Shown: positions 1 through 9,528 of the stretch, in pieces
How the letters are laid out: every line of letters begins with the position of its first letter
How positions within the stretch are numbered: the first letter of the stretch is position 1
From: a bacterium
GTDB lineage: Bacteria > Auribacterota > UBA3054 > JAAYZF01
NCBI GenBank assembly: GCA_012514975.1
Contig: JAAYZF010000130.1
Span: 1-46,042 of the forward strand
Length of the DNA: 46,042 nucleotides
Reading direction: 5' to 3'
The notes under the pieces: model-generated
Told to the model about the DNA's origin: nothing
Database searches by the model: none
The model's input: only the letters and a program-made list of their open reading frames with translations
Program-made: the position numbers and the translations under genes

Positions 1-337
1 GCAGGGCGATGCCGGTGTAGACGAAGTGATTTTTCCCCTGGAGGGCGCGGAGCATGCGGTGCGCGTCAGCCATATCAGCCGGTTTGCCGAACAGGGCGCG
101 TCCGCAGTAGACGAGTGTATCGGCGCCGAGCACGATGCCGGTGCGGAGTCGCGAGCCCGCGGCTGCAGCTTTCTGCCTGGCATGCTGCATGACGAGCGCG
201 CTGGGCGCGCTGTGCGCATTGTTATGCTCGGCGTAGTCGCTCTTGACGGCGCGGAAAGGCACGCGGAGCATCTCGAGCATCTCGCGCCGGCGCGGCGACG
301 CAGAGGCGAGGACGAGATCAAGTCGCTTGTTGTCCAC
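1..337 (-). CDS. maf: Maf-family nucleoside triphosphate pyrophosphatase (partial, runs off window start)
   Basis: Manual minus-strand translation from GTG at 337: MDNKRLDLVLASASPRRREML...IVLGADTLV...FGKP...AHRMLRALQGKNHFVYTGIAL. Contains the Maf motifs LASxSPRR, GADT and GKP. Not in the ORF track. Confidence 0.9.
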   Translation of the reverse strand, partial: MDNKRLDLVLASASPRRREMLEMLRVPFRAVKSDYAEHNNAHSAPSALVMQHARQKAAAAGSRLRTGIVLGADTLVYCGRALFGKPADMADAHRMLRALQGKNHFVYTGIAL

Positions 338-369
338 GCGGGAGGCCTGTGAAGAGTGAAGCGCCGTCA

Positions 370-1338
370 TCAGTCGCGGTCGGTGCCGTCGAGCCATTGC
401 CATGCGAGGCGGGCGGCGCCGAGGATGCCCGCGTTATCGCCCAGCTTGGAGACGCGGATGGTGATGAGCGGTGTGAGCTCGGGCGGCTGGTAATACCGGT
501 CAAGTTCGTTGTGGAAGGGATCGAGGAAGACCTTCCCCGCCTTCATCAATCCGCCGCCGATGACAAAAACGTCGGGGTCGAATATCTGCATGAGGTTCCA
601 TACGACAAGCGCGAGGCAGCGCGCGGCGTCATCAAGGAGCCTGCGGCAGAGGTGGTCGCCCTTGGCGCCTTCCTCGATGATGTCCTTGGCCGAGATGTCT
701 TTGCGGCCGGCGAGGGCGCTGGGGACGCCAATGCGGAGGTAGTGGTGGACGCGGCGGACCATGGCGCCGGGGGCGGTGTAGACCTCGACGCAGCCGTAGT
801 TGCCGCACGTGCAGGGCTCGCCATTGGGCACGACGATCACGTGGCCGAACTCGGCGGCGCGGCCGAGCGCGCCGCGCATGACGCGGCCATTGATGACGAT
901 GCCGCCGCCGAGGCCCGTGCCGAGCGCGATCGAGAGCTGGCAGCGCGACCCTTTGCCCGCGCCGATCCAGTTCTCGCCGAGGGCGATGAGGTTGACGTCG
1001 TTGTCAATCGCCGCGGGCACGCCCGTCCATTCGGTCACCAGCGGCCCGACAGGCGTGCCCGTCCATCCTGGAATATGGGCCTGCATGTAGCGGATAATGC
1101 CGTCGCGATGGTTGATCGAGCCGGGCGAGCCGATGCCGACGGCGGCGATGGGGTGTGCGGTGCGCAGCTCGTCGATGACGGCCTTGAGCGTTTCGAGCAG
1201 CGCGCCGCGCCCCTCGGCCGCATGCGACGGCCGGTGCGTCATGCCGGTGATGTTCCCCTCGCGGTCAACGAGCCCGCCGCGGACGTTTGTGCCGCCGATG
1301 TCGATTGCGGCGACCATGTGCTTCCTGGACCGTGTCAT
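370..1338 (-). CDS. ROK-family sugar kinase (glucokinase-like)
   Basis: AIDIGGT, GIGSPG, DNDVN, LGTGLGGG and EFGH...CTCGNYGCVE motifs; no N-terminal HTH. Confidence 0.9.
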   Translation of the reverse strand: MTRSRKHMVAAIDIGGTNVRGGLVDREGNITGMTHRPSHAAEGRGALLETLKAVIDELRTAHPIAAVGIGSPGSINHRDGIIRYMQAHIPGWTGTPVGPLVTEWTGVPAAIDNDVNLIALGENWIGAGKGSRCQLSIALGTGLGGGIVINGRVMRGALGRAAEFGHVIVVPNGEPCTCGNYGCVEVYTAPGAMVRRVHHYLRIGVPSALAGRKDISAKDIIEEGAKGDHLCRRLLDDAARCLALVVWNLMQIFDPDVFVIGGGLMKAGKVFLDPFHNELDRYYQPPELTPLITIRVSKLGDNAGILGAARLAWQWLDGTDRD

Positions 1339-2159
1339 ATCAAATCCCGTTTATGTTCCTGTGCGAGAAGGACGAGCGCGGTGCGCGCCGCGTTCATCTC
1401 GGCCTCCTTCTTCGATGCCCCGTCACCCGCGGCAAGCACCCGGCCGGCAAGGCGGACTTCGACGCTGAACTGCTTGGTATGCTCCGGCCCCGAGACGGCG
1501 ACGACGACATACTGGGGCTGGTCGCCGAAGCGGTCGTACGCTTCCTGCTGGAGCGCGTTCTTGTAGTTGATCTGCGCCTTGTCCTCGTCAACCGTGCGCA
1601 GCTTGACGGCGAAGGCGGCGAGGACGAACGTGTTCGCCGCCGCGAACCCGCCGTCAAGATAGATCGCGCCGACAAGCGCCTCGAACGCGTCGGCCAGCAG
1701 CGCCGCGCGCCCGCGCCCGCCACTCGCATCCTCGCCGCAGCCGAGCAGAAGATAATACCCGATATCCATCTCCTGCGCAAGTTCGGACAGATTCGACTCG
1801 CTGACAAGCCACGAGCGCATCAGCGACAGCTCGCCCTCGCGCCGCTCAGGAAAGAAACGGAACAGATGCTCGGCAAGAATGACGCCAAGCACCGCGTCGC
1901 CGAGGAACTCGAGCCGCTCGTTGTGGCGCATGCCGCTGCGCGGATTCTCGTTCATGTAGGACGAGTGGGTAAGCGCCTTGAACAGCAGACGCTTGCTGCG
2001 GAATGCATACCCGATCCTTCTCTCGAGCAACGCCATCCGCTCGAGGCACGATTCGCACGGCTCGGCAAGGTACGCGTACGCGTCCTCCGCGCCGGCTTCA
2101 TCGGCCGGGAGTGCGGGAACGTCGCGCTGGATGTCGTCTGGCTCGTCCATGGATGTCAT
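1335..2159 (-). CDS. rnc: Ribonuclease III
   Basis: ALTHSSY, NERLEFLGDAVL and ADAFEALVGAIYLD motifs plus a C-terminal dsRBD (NYKNALQ...SKKEAEMNAA). Start chosen at ATG 2159 (alternative 2150); the longer ORF overlaps valS. Confidence 0.95.
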   Translation of the reverse strand: MTSMDEPDDIQRDVPALPADEAGAEDAYAYLAEPCESCLERMALLERRIGYAFRSKRLLFKALTHSSYMNENPRSGMRHNERLEFLGDAVLGVILAEHLFRFFPERREGELSLMRSWLVSESNLSELAQEMDIGYYLLLGCGEDASGGRGRAALLADAFEALVGAIYLDGGFAAANTFVLAAFAVKLRTVDEDKAQINYKNALQQEAYDRFGDQPQYVVVAVSGPEHTKQFSVEVRLAGRVLAAGDGASKKEAEMNAARTALVLLAQEHKRDLI

Positions 2160-2184
2160 TGATGGCCAAGGCCGCCCGGCGTCA

Positions 2185-5115
2185 TCACGCGGCGCCGCCG
2201 GCGAAGAAGGCGAGCATCTGGCGCAGCTTCGCCGCGCGCTCCTGCGCCTCGGCGAGCTTCGCCTGCTCCTTCTCGACCACGGTGGCCGGAGCGCTCGAGG
2301 TGAACTTCCCGTTCGCGAGTTTGCGTTGCTGCGCGGCGATGTAGCCCTCGACTTCGCCAAGCTGCTTCGTCATGCGCTGCGCCTCGGCCTTCAGGTCGAA
2401 CGCCCCGTCGAGGAACATGAAGATTGTGGCCGTCTTCGTCATCTGGCCCGGCAGCGGATGGGCGGCGGTGAACGCCGGGTCGACCGTGATCTCGGACGCC
2501 TGGAGCAGGCGGCTCATGGTGTCGCTCTCGCCGGCGAGGAACCGCGCAAGCTCGTCCGCCGCGGGTTTGACGGCGAAGCGGACCTTCGCGCCCGGCGGCA
2601 CGTTGTATTCGCTGCGCAGCATGCGGCCGAGGGAGATGAGCTCGTACTTCGCGTGCACCAGCTCGAGCAGCGCGGGCGCGCAGAATCCGCGCTGCACCTC
2701 CGGCCATGCGGCGCGGATCAGCAGCGATGGCGCGGCGAGCCCGAGCGTCTCGTGGAGCAGCCGCCACAGTTCCTCGGACTCGAAGGGCATGACGGGGTGG
2801 AGCAGCCGCAGGGCGGTCTGGAGCACGCAGGCGAGAACGGTCTGCACGCGCCGTTTCGCCCCCGCGTCGCCGCCGTAGAGCGCCGGCTTCGCCGCTTCGA
2901 CGTACCAGTCGCAGAACTCGTTCCACATGAACTCGTAGAGCCCGCGCGCATACTCGTGGAAGCGAAATTCCTCGAGCGCGTTGGTCGCGGCGATCGTCTG
3001 CGCGGCGAGCCGCTCAAGAATCCAGGCGTCATCGGCGCCAAGGCCGTGCATGGCGGACTGGGGATCGCGGAGCTGGCCCGCGAGCTCGCGCGGCGAGAGC
3101 ACTGGCACGCCCGGTTCGAGGTTCATGAGGACGAACCGGCTGGCATTCCATATCTTGTTGGCGAAATTCCTGCCGAACTCGAATTTCTCGCTGGTGAGAA
3201 GGGCAAGGCCCGTCTCCCGCTGCACCGCCTCGCCCGCCCAGCGCGTTGCCATCGGTTTCTTGCAATGCGGGCACGGGAGCGTCTTCGCCGTCATGTTGTT
3301 CGCCGTCTGCGGCGTGTTCGCGCCGCAGTGCGGGCACTTGTACTGGACGGGCATGCGGACGTCCTGCGTTTCGGTGGCCATTGCGGCGAGCGAGAAGCGC
3401 AGTGCGTCGGCGCCGTACTGGTCGATGATGTCCTGCGGGTCGACGCCATTGCCTTTTGACTTCGACATTGTCTGGCCCTGGCCGTCGAGGATTTTCACAT
3501 GGATGGGCACGTGCGTGAAGGGGACGTTGCCCGTGTTGTACAGTCCCGTCATCACCATGCGGGCGACCCAGAGGGTGATGATGTCGCGCGAGGTGATGAG
3601 CACGCTGGTCGGGTACCAGCGTTTCAGCTCGGGCGTCTGCTCGGGCCAGCCGAGGGTCGAGTGCGGCCAGAGGGCGGAGCTGAACCACGTATCGAGCACG
3701 TCCGGGTCCTGCTCGATCGTGATGCCCGGCACGGCGTCCGCGCGGAGGTCCTCGGTCTGCGAGCAGACGAGCCATTGCCCGTATTCGCCATCCCAGCGCC
3801 ACGAGACGTCCTTGCGCCCGGCGAACGCCGATTTGAGCGCCGCCTCGTCGCAGCCGCGTGCATACCAGATCGGGATGCGATGGCCCCACCAGAGCTGGCG
3901 GCTGATCGGCCAGTCGCGCTTCTCGGAGAGCCAGTCAAGGTACATCTTCGCATAGCGCGGGGGATGGAACTCGACGCGGCCCTGCGTCACCGCGTCCATC
4001 GCCAGTTGCGCCAGCTCGCCCATGGTGACGAACCACTGGTCGGAGAGATAGGGTTCGATCGGCGTCTTCGAGCGGTCTGAATGGCCGACCTGTGTTTCAT
4101 ACGGCTCGATTTTCGCGACAAGGCCGAGCTGTTCGAGCGCCTCGACGACCGCCTTGCGCGCCTTGGCGCGTTCCATGCCGGCGAAGGCGCCGCCGTTCTC
4201 GTTGATCGTGCCGTCGGGATTGAGTATGTTGATCATCGGGAGGTTGTGGCGCAGCGCGCACGCATAGTCGTTCGGGTCGTGCGCCGGCGTGACTTTGACG
4301 CAGCCGGTGCCGAAGGTCATGTCGACGAGTTCGCCGTCGGCGATGATGGGAATCTCGCGGTTGGCCAGCGGGAGGAGGGCGGTCTTGCCGACGAGATGCG
4401 TGTAGCGCGGATCGTCGGGATGGACGGCGACGGCGGTGTCGCCGAGCATTGTTTCTGGGCGGGTGGTGGCGATGAGGAGGCGCTCGGCGGAGTCTTTGAC
4501 CGGATACCAGTAATACCAGAGGTGGCCGCGGACGGTCTCGTGGTAGATTTCGTCGTCCGAGACGGCGGTCTGGAGGTGGGCGTCCCAGTTGACGAGCCGT
4601 TTGCCGCGGTAGATCAGCCCGTCGGCGAACATTTTGAAGAAGGTGTGGCGCACGGCGCGCGCGCACTGGTCGTCGAGGGTGAAGCGCGTGCGCCGCCAGT
4701 CGCACGAGCAGCCCATGAGCTTGAGCTGTTCGACGATGCGGTCTCCGAACCTTTGTTTCCAGTCCCAGATGCGCTGGACGAGGCCTTCGCGTCCGATGTC
4801 GTGGCGTGTCTTGCCTTCCTCCTCGATGAGTTTCTTCTCGACGACGGCCTGGGTGGCGATGCCGGCGTGGTCGATGCCGGGCATCCAGAGGGTGTTCTCG
4901 CCGAGCATGCGGTGATAGCGGATCAGGATGTCCTGTAGGGTGTTGTTGATGGCATGGCCGAGGTGGAGCGCGCCGGTGACGTTGGGCGGCGGGATGACGA
5001 TGCAGAAGGGGTTGCCGGTTGCGTCGGGGCTTGCATTGAACGCGCCGGCTGCTTCCCACGCGGCGTAGGTGGTTTTCTCGATTGCGGCCGGGTCGTATTG
5101 TTTCGCGATGTCCAT
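2185..5115 (-). CDS. valS: Valine--tRNA ligase
   Basis: PPPNVTGALHLGHA (HIGH), TMSKSKGN (KMSKS), DWPISRQLWWGHRIP, DVLDTWFSS and a C-terminal coiled-coil arm. Confidence 0.98.
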   Translation of the reverse strand: MDIAKQYDPAAIEKTTYAAWEAAGAFNASPDATGNPFCIVIPPPNVTGALHLGHAINNTLQDILIRYHRMLGENTLWMPGIDHAGIATQAVVEKKLIEEEGKTRHDIGREGLVQRIWDWKQRFGDRIVEQLKLMGCSCDWRRTRFTLDDQCARAVRHTFFKMFADGLIYRGKRLVNWDAHLQTAVSDDEIYHETVRGHLWYYWYPVKDSAERLLIATTRPETMLGDTAVAVHPDDPRYTHLVGKTALLPLANREIPIIADGELVDMTFGTGCVKVTPAHDPNDYACALRHNLPMINILNPDGTINENGGAFAGMERAKARKAVVEALEQLGLVAKIEPYETQVGHSDRSKTPIEPYLSDQWFVTMGELAQLAMDAVTQGRVEFHPPRYAKMYLDWLSEKRDWPISRQLWWGHRIPIWYARGCDEAALKSAFAGRKDVSWRWDGEYGQWLVCSQTEDLRADAVPGITIEQDPDVLDTWFSSALWPHSTLGWPEQTPELKRWYPTSVLITSRDIITLWVARMVMTGLYNTGNVPFTHVPIHVKILDGQGQTMSKSKGNGVDPQDIIDQYGADALRFSLAAMATETQDVRMPVQYKCPHCGANTPQTANNMTAKTLPCPHCKKPMATRWAGEAVQRETGLALLTSEKFEFGRNFANKIWNASRFVLMNLEPGVPVLSPRELAGQLRDPQSAMHGLGADDAWILERLAAQTIAATNALEEFRFHEYARGLYEFMWNEFCDWYVEAAKPALYGGDAGAKRRVQTVLACVLQTALRLLHPVMPFESEELWRLLHETLGLAAPSLLIRAAWPEVQRGFCAPALLELVHAKYELISLGRMLRSEYNVPPGAKVRFAVKPAADELARFLAGESDTMSRLLQASEITVDPAFTAAHPLPGQMTKTATIFMFLDGAFDLKAEAQRMTKQLGEVEGYIAAQQRKLANGKFTSSAPATVVEKEQAKLAEAQERAAKLRQMLAFFAGGAA

Positions 5116-5142
5116 GGGGCTCTTGTGGAAGGAGGATGGCGG

Positions 5143-5814
5143 TTACGCTGTGGTCGCATCTGGCAGGATCGATGCAACAAGCTTGTTGATCGTATTCTCC
5201 TTGAAGGCGAGAAGCTCGTCAAGCGTCACCGGCTTGACAAGGAAATCGGGAACAGCGGTGATCGACAACTGCTCGATGGAGTAGGCGAGCGACTCCGCGG
5301 CCATTCCCCCATCCTTGCGCTGCGCCCTGGGAAGGAACGACAGAGTGTCATAGCCGGCACGATCAAGAAACAGCAGATCGATGAAATCCTTCATGGCGCT
5401 GCGCCCAAGCATGGCACACAGCTTGTTGGCCATGATATCCTCTATTGAGTCGACACGTGTGTCTCCGCACGAGGCAACCGGCGCCAGGCGAGCCGGCACG
5501 TCTCTCGCGCTGTGGATGGTGAGCGGTCCGGAAGACATTTCGGCCTCGAAGTGCTTGAAGTAATGCGTCGTGCGGATGCCGCGCACGGCTATGCCCAGCG
5601 CGTCGGCTGTGTCTGACAGGACGACATCGAGGTGCTCGAACGCGTCTGCATCCTGCGTGAACAGGTCGAGATCGATCGAGGTACGGTGCCCGAGGTAGAA
5701 GCCCGCAAGCGCCGTGCCACCTGTCAGGTAGAACTCCGACGTCAGCCGGAAGAACGCGTTAAGAAACGCGTCCTGGTCCCGCGTGAGAATCTGTGGTTGT
5801 CTTGAGCAGATCAT
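5143..5814 (-). CDS. AbiEii/AbiGii-family nucleotidyltransferase (putative type IV TA toxin)
   Basis: FYLTGGTALAGFYLGHRTSIDLDLF, ANKLCAMLGR and KDFIDL motifs. Start uncertain (ATG 5814). Confidence 0.8.
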   Translation of the reverse strand: MICSRQPQILTRDQDAFLNAFFRLTSEFYLTGGTALAGFYLGHRTSIDLDLFTQDADAFEHLDVVLSDTADALGIAVRGIRTTHYFKHFEAEMSSGPLTIHSARDVPARLAPVASCGDTRVDSIEDIMANKLCAMLGRSAMKDFIDLLFLDRAGYDTLSFLPRAQRKDGGMAAESLAYSIEQLSITAVPDFLVKPVTLDELLAFKENTINKLVASILPDATTA

Positions 5815-6082
5815 TACTGACCCACCGGTTATACAGGAATTCCCACATGCCCCTGTGCCAGCCAAGCCGTGCAAACAGCGCATCGCGATGGCGCAGAAGG
5901 TCCGCGGGCGATATGAACTGCCAGACGTCCTCGACACGTGCGTCGCGCATCACCTTTGCCATCAGGTCAATGCGGCGCGCCGCCGGGGCGGTCGCAAGCA
6001 GGCGTCGAATCTCTCCTGCCGTGAGGCGCTCGTCCCACATGAAGTAGGGCACATCCGCATCGCTGAACGTATGTGTACTCAT
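5759..6082 (-). CDS. Small hypothetical protein, probable antitoxin partner of the nucleotidyltransferase
   Basis: 107 aa containing PYFMWD...KVMRDARVEDVWQF; immediately upstream of and overlapping the AbiEii-like gene. Confidence 0.65.
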   Translation of the reverse strand: MSTHTFSDADVPYFMWDERLTAGEIRRLLATAPAARRIDLMAKVMRDARVEDVWQFISPADLLRHRDALFARLGWHRGMWEFLYNRWVSNDLLKTTTDSHAGPGRVS

Positions 6083-6086
6083 GGCC

Positions 6087-7703
6087 CTATTCCTTGCGCG
6101 AACGTCTGGCTGTGGTCTTCTTCGTCCGCGCGTCCTTCATCAGCTTGTACTCGATCGAGTCGATGACGGCTTCGTACGAGGCCTCGATGATGTTCGTCGA
6201 GACGCCCACGGTGCCCCACGTGTTCATTCCGTCGGCCGACTCGACGAGCACGCGCACCTTTGACGCGGTGCCTTTCAGGCCCTTGGCGGAGAGGACGCGC
6301 ACTTTGTAGTCGATCAGCTCGACCTGTTCGAGCTGCGGGAAGAACGGGCGGAGCGCCTTGCGCAACGCCGTATCGAGCGCGTTGACCGGGCCGTCGCCCT
6401 CGGCTGCCGTGTGCTCCTCGACGCCGAGCACGCGCACTTTCACCGTCGCCTCGGAGACGATGGCGCCGTCGCGCACCTCATCGATGACGCGGAAGCCGAG
6501 CACCTCGAACGACGGCGCGAATTTCCCGAGCGTCCGCTTGATCAACAGCTCGAAACTCGCGTCAGCGGCCTCGTATTCGTAGCCCGCATGGTCGCGCTTC
6601 TTCACTTCCTCGATCACGGCGGCCACCTTGTCGGGCTGGCTGTCAAGGTCGATGCCGAACTCGCGCGCCTTGTAGAGCACATTCGACTGCCCGCTCTGCT
6701 CCGAGATGAGCACGCGGCGCCGGTTGCCCACCTGCCCGGGCTCGATGTGCTCGTACGTCCGCGCGTTGCGCTGCACGGCGCTGACATGGATGCCGCCCTT
6801 GTGGGCAAACGCGCTCATGCCCGTGTACGGCTGGCGATGGTTGTACGGCAGGTTGGCCAGCTCGTTCACGTACTTGCTCACCTCGGTAAGCTGGTCAAGG
6901 TGGACGGCGCAGGCGCGCTGCATCTTGAGCACGAGGCCCGGCAGGATCGACGTCAGGTCCGCATTGCCGCACCGCTCGCCGCACCCGTTGATCGTGCCCT
7001 GGACGTGCGTGGCGCCCGCGGCGACGCCCATGAGCGCGTTCGCCGCGCCGCACCCGGCATCGTTGTGGGGATGGATGCCGACCACCGCGCCCGGGAAGCG
7101 CGTGCAGACGGCCCTGGTGATCTCGAACGCTTCCATCGGCGTGCTCCCGCCGTTCGTGTCGCACAGCACGAGCGCGCTCGCGCCCGCGTCGCGCGCGGCA
7201 TCGAGCACGGCAAGGGCATACCCGGGATCGTCCTTGTACCCGTCGAAGAAATGCTCGGCGTCGAAGATGACTTCCCGCGCGTGGCTCTTGAGGAACGCGA
7301 CCGAGTCGCGCACCATCTCGAGATTCGTCTCGGGGCTGACGCGGAGCGCATCGCGCACGTGGAGCAGCCAGCTCTTGCCGAAGATGGTGGTGACCGGCGC
7401 CTTCGAGGCGACGAGGGCCAGCAGGTTCGGGTCGTCGCCGGCGGCGTTCTTCGCGCGGCGCGTCGAGCCGAAGGCGGCGATGCGCGCATGCACAAGCTTC
7501 TCGGCGCGGATGCGCTCGAAGAAATCGATGTCCTTCTGGTTCGAGTACGGCCAGCCGCCCTCGATGTAGTCGACGCCGAACGCGTCGAGCCGCTTGGCGA
7601 TGAGCACCTTGTCCATGCTCGAGAAATTGACGCCCTCGCCCTGCGACCCGTCGCGCAGGGTGGTGTCGTAGATGTATACCCGTTTGTCAGTCCGGTTCTT
7701 CAT
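6087..7703 (-). CDS. cimA: Citramalate synthase (CimA, alpha-IPM synthase family)
   Basis: YDTTLRDGSQGEG, YIEGGWP, FDAEHFFDG, LCDTNGG, HPHNDAG, AFAHKGGIH and a C-terminal regulatory domain (GDGPVNALD, WGTVGVSTNIIEAS). Start at ATG 7703. Confidence 0.9.
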   Translation of the reverse strand: MKNRTDKRVYIYDTTLRDGSQGEGVNFSSMDKVLIAKRLDAFGVDYIEGGWPYSNQKDIDFFERIRAEKLVHARIAAFGSTRRAKNAAGDDPNLLALVASKAPVTTIFGKSWLLHVRDALRVSPETNLEMVRDSVAFLKSHAREVIFDAEHFFDGYKDDPGYALAVLDAARDAGASALVLCDTNGGSTPMEAFEITRAVCTRFPGAVVGIHPHNDAGCGAANALMGVAAGATHVQGTINGCGERCGNADLTSILPGLVLKMQRACAVHLDQLTEVSKYVNELANLPYNHRQPYTGMSAFAHKGGIHVSAVQRNARTYEHIEPGQVGNRRRVLISEQSGQSNVLYKAREFGIDLDSQPDKVAAVIEEVKKRDHAGYEYEAADASFELLIKRTLGKFAPSFEVLGFRVIDEVRDGAIVSEATVKVRVLGVEEHTAAEGDGPVNALDTALRKALRPFFPQLEQVELIDYKVRVLSAKGLKGTASKVRVLVESADGMNTWGTVGVSTNIIEASYEAVIDSIEYKLMKDARTKKTTARRSRKE

Positions 7704-7715
7704 GGTGTCATTTCC

Positions 7716-7741
7716 AATTGCCGATTGCCGATTGCCGATTG
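7716..7741. repeat. Heptamer tandem array (TTGCCGA)n, one arm of the inverted repeat around the four-helix-bundle gene
   Basis: aattgccgattgccgattgccgattg; reverse complement of 8161-8186 with one mismatch. Confidence 0.9.
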
Positions 7742-7762
7742 AGTGTGGCGGCAACACGGCTA

Positions 7763-8110
7763 CTATCCTTTTGCAGTAATCCTGGACGCTGCCATTATTC
7801 GCGTCAATTCCTCCGCTTCCTTGAGCAAATCACTGACCTTCCGCTTCTCGAGCAGCGATGCCTCGATGATCATCTCCAGCCAATACGCGCTCTCGTCCGC
7901 CTCCTCCTCAACAATACCTATCTTTGCGACAAACTCCGCTCTGCTTCTCGCGCGGCATGCAGCCCTGTAGTTCGCCCCGACCGCTGTGCCGCATCGTACA
8001 AGCTGCCCCCCGATCGCCCGCCCTGCAGACGTATCGGGCAATGCATCAACCAGTCTGATTATCCTGAGCCCAAACCACTTCGTTCGCGTCAGAAGCTCGT
8101 CTTTTCTCAT
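7763..8110 (-). CDS. Four helix bundle protein (23S rRNA IVS protein-like family)
   Basis: MRKDELLTRTKWFGLRII...QLVRCGTAVGANYRAACRARSRAEFVAKIGIVEEEADESAYWLE, the hallmark motif of the family. Confidence 0.92.
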   Translation of the reverse strand: MRKDELLTRTKWFGLRIIRLVDALPDTSAGRAIGGQLVRCGTAVGANYRAACRARSRAEFVAKIGIVEEEADESAYWLEMIIEASLLEKRKVSDLLKEAEELTRIMAASRITAKG

Positions 8111-8156
8111 GCGTGCCTTCGCACTATGGCCATGCGGCCTGTTAGTCATCCCCAAG

Positions 8157-8186
8157 TCGGCAATCGGCAATTGGCAATCGGCAATT
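8157..8186. repeat. Heptamer tandem array (TCGGCAA)n, other arm of the inverted repeat
   Basis: tcggcaatcggcaattggcaatcggcaatt, directly after the apgM stop codon. Confidence 0.9.
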
Positions 8187-8189
8187 CCA

Positions 8190-9413
8190 TCATTCCGTCG
8201 TCCTCTTCATCCACTCGATCAGCCCGAGCCCCGTCATCGTGTTCCACGGGCTGTTGCGCGCGGCGGGCTCGCTGAACGCGGCCATGCTGCCGTCGGGCGC
8301 GATGCCGCTGCCGCAGACTGCGAACGGCACCTTCTCGCGCACGTGCGTCTTCACATCGAGCGGTGTCGGATGGTCTGGCAGCACGACGAGCGCATGGCGC
8401 GGGTACTCTCGCGCGGCGCGCCACACGGGGCCGACGATCTCGCGGTCGAAGTTCTCGATCGCGCGGATTTTCTCGTCGAGCTCGCCGTTGTGCCCTGCTT
8501 CGTCAGGCGCCTCGACGTGGACGACGACGAAGTCGTGATCCGCGAGCATCCGGACTGCCGCGCCGGCCTTTCCCGCGTAGTTCGTGTCATAGTAGCCTGT
8601 CGCGCCAGGCACCTCAGGCACGTCGAGCCCGGCAAGGCGGGCGATGCCGCGTATGAGGTCGACGGCGGTGATAGCGGCGCCTGTTTCGATGCCGAAGCGT
8701 TGGGCGAACGTGGGCAGGGCGGGGCTCGTGCCATGGCCCCAGAGCCAGACGGCGTTGGCCTCGCCATTGCCCGCCGCGCGCTGCGCGCATGCGGCCGGGT
8801 CGCTCTGCAGGAACGCATTGACGTCCGCCATCAACTGACGGACGAAGGCGCTGCCCGGGCCGGCAGGCAGGTGCGGCGCCCACGGCTGCTCGCTGATGTC
8901 ATGCGGCGGCGTGGCCTTCAGGCCCGTGCCATCGGCGCCCAGGAGGCGTTCCGGCACGACAAGCAGGTGCCGGTAGCTCACGCCCGGGTGGAACCGCACG
9001 CCCTCGCGGCCGAACTTGGCGTCGATCATCGCGATGTACTTCGCGGCGTCCGCGGTCCTGATGTTCCCGCCGCTGTAGCTGGCCATGCGGCCATCGCGCA
9101 GCGTGACGAGGTTGCAGCGGAAGCAGACGTCGCCGGGTTCGAGCGCGATGCCAAGCGCGGCAGCCTCGAGCGGTCCGCGGCCCGTGTAGTACTTCTTCGG
9201 ATCGTAGCCAAGGACGGACATGATGGCGATGTCGCTGCCCGGCTTGAGCCCCTCGGCCACAGTCTCGATCAGGCCGCCGCGGCCCGCGCGGGCAATGGCG
9301 TCCATGTTCGGACATGCGGCCGCTTCGAGCGGCGTCCTGCCGCCGAGCGCGGGGACGGGATGGTCGGCCATGCCGTCACCGATGAGCATGATGATCCTTG
9401 CGCGCTGCGCCAT
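8190..9413 (-). CDS. apgM: Cofactor-independent phosphoglycerate mutase, ApgM family (proposed homoserine-kinase-like subfamily)
   Basis: IGDGMAD, TPLEAA, PGSDIA, YTGRGPLEAA, GVSYRHLL, HVEAPDEAGH and PDHPTP motifs. Start at ATG 9413. Confidence 0.85.
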   Translation of the reverse strand: MAQRARIIMLIGDGMADHPVPALGGRTPLEAAACPNMDAIARAGRGGLIETVAEGLKPGSDIAIMSVLGYDPKKYYTGRGPLEAAALGIALEPGDVCFRCNLVTLRDGRMASYSGGNIRTADAAKYIAMIDAKFGREGVRFHPGVSYRHLLVVPERLLGADGTGLKATPPHDISEQPWAPHLPAGPGSAFVRQLMADVNAFLQSDPAACAQRAAGNGEANAVWLWGHGTSPALPTFAQRFGIETGAAITAVDLIRGIARLAGLDVPEVPGATGYYDTNYAGKAGAAVRMLADHDFVVVHVEAPDEAGHNGELDEKIRAIENFDREIVGPVWRAAREYPRHALVVLPDHPTPLDVKTHVREKVPFAVCGSGIAPDGSMAAFSEPAARNSPWNTMTGLGLIEWMKRTTE

Positions 9414-9528
9414 GGGTGTCCGTGTGGTTACCGGCAACGTAGTATTATACTCAAAGCCGCCCGATTTTGCATGCCCCGCGCATTTCCCGCTGCTGGCGAC
9501 GCGGGAAATGCGGGAGGCGCTGCCCTGC

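Noticed and set aside
7763-8110. Diversity-generating retroelement (Avd-like gene)
   Set aside because: No reverse transcriptase and no template/variable repeat pair seen in the window.
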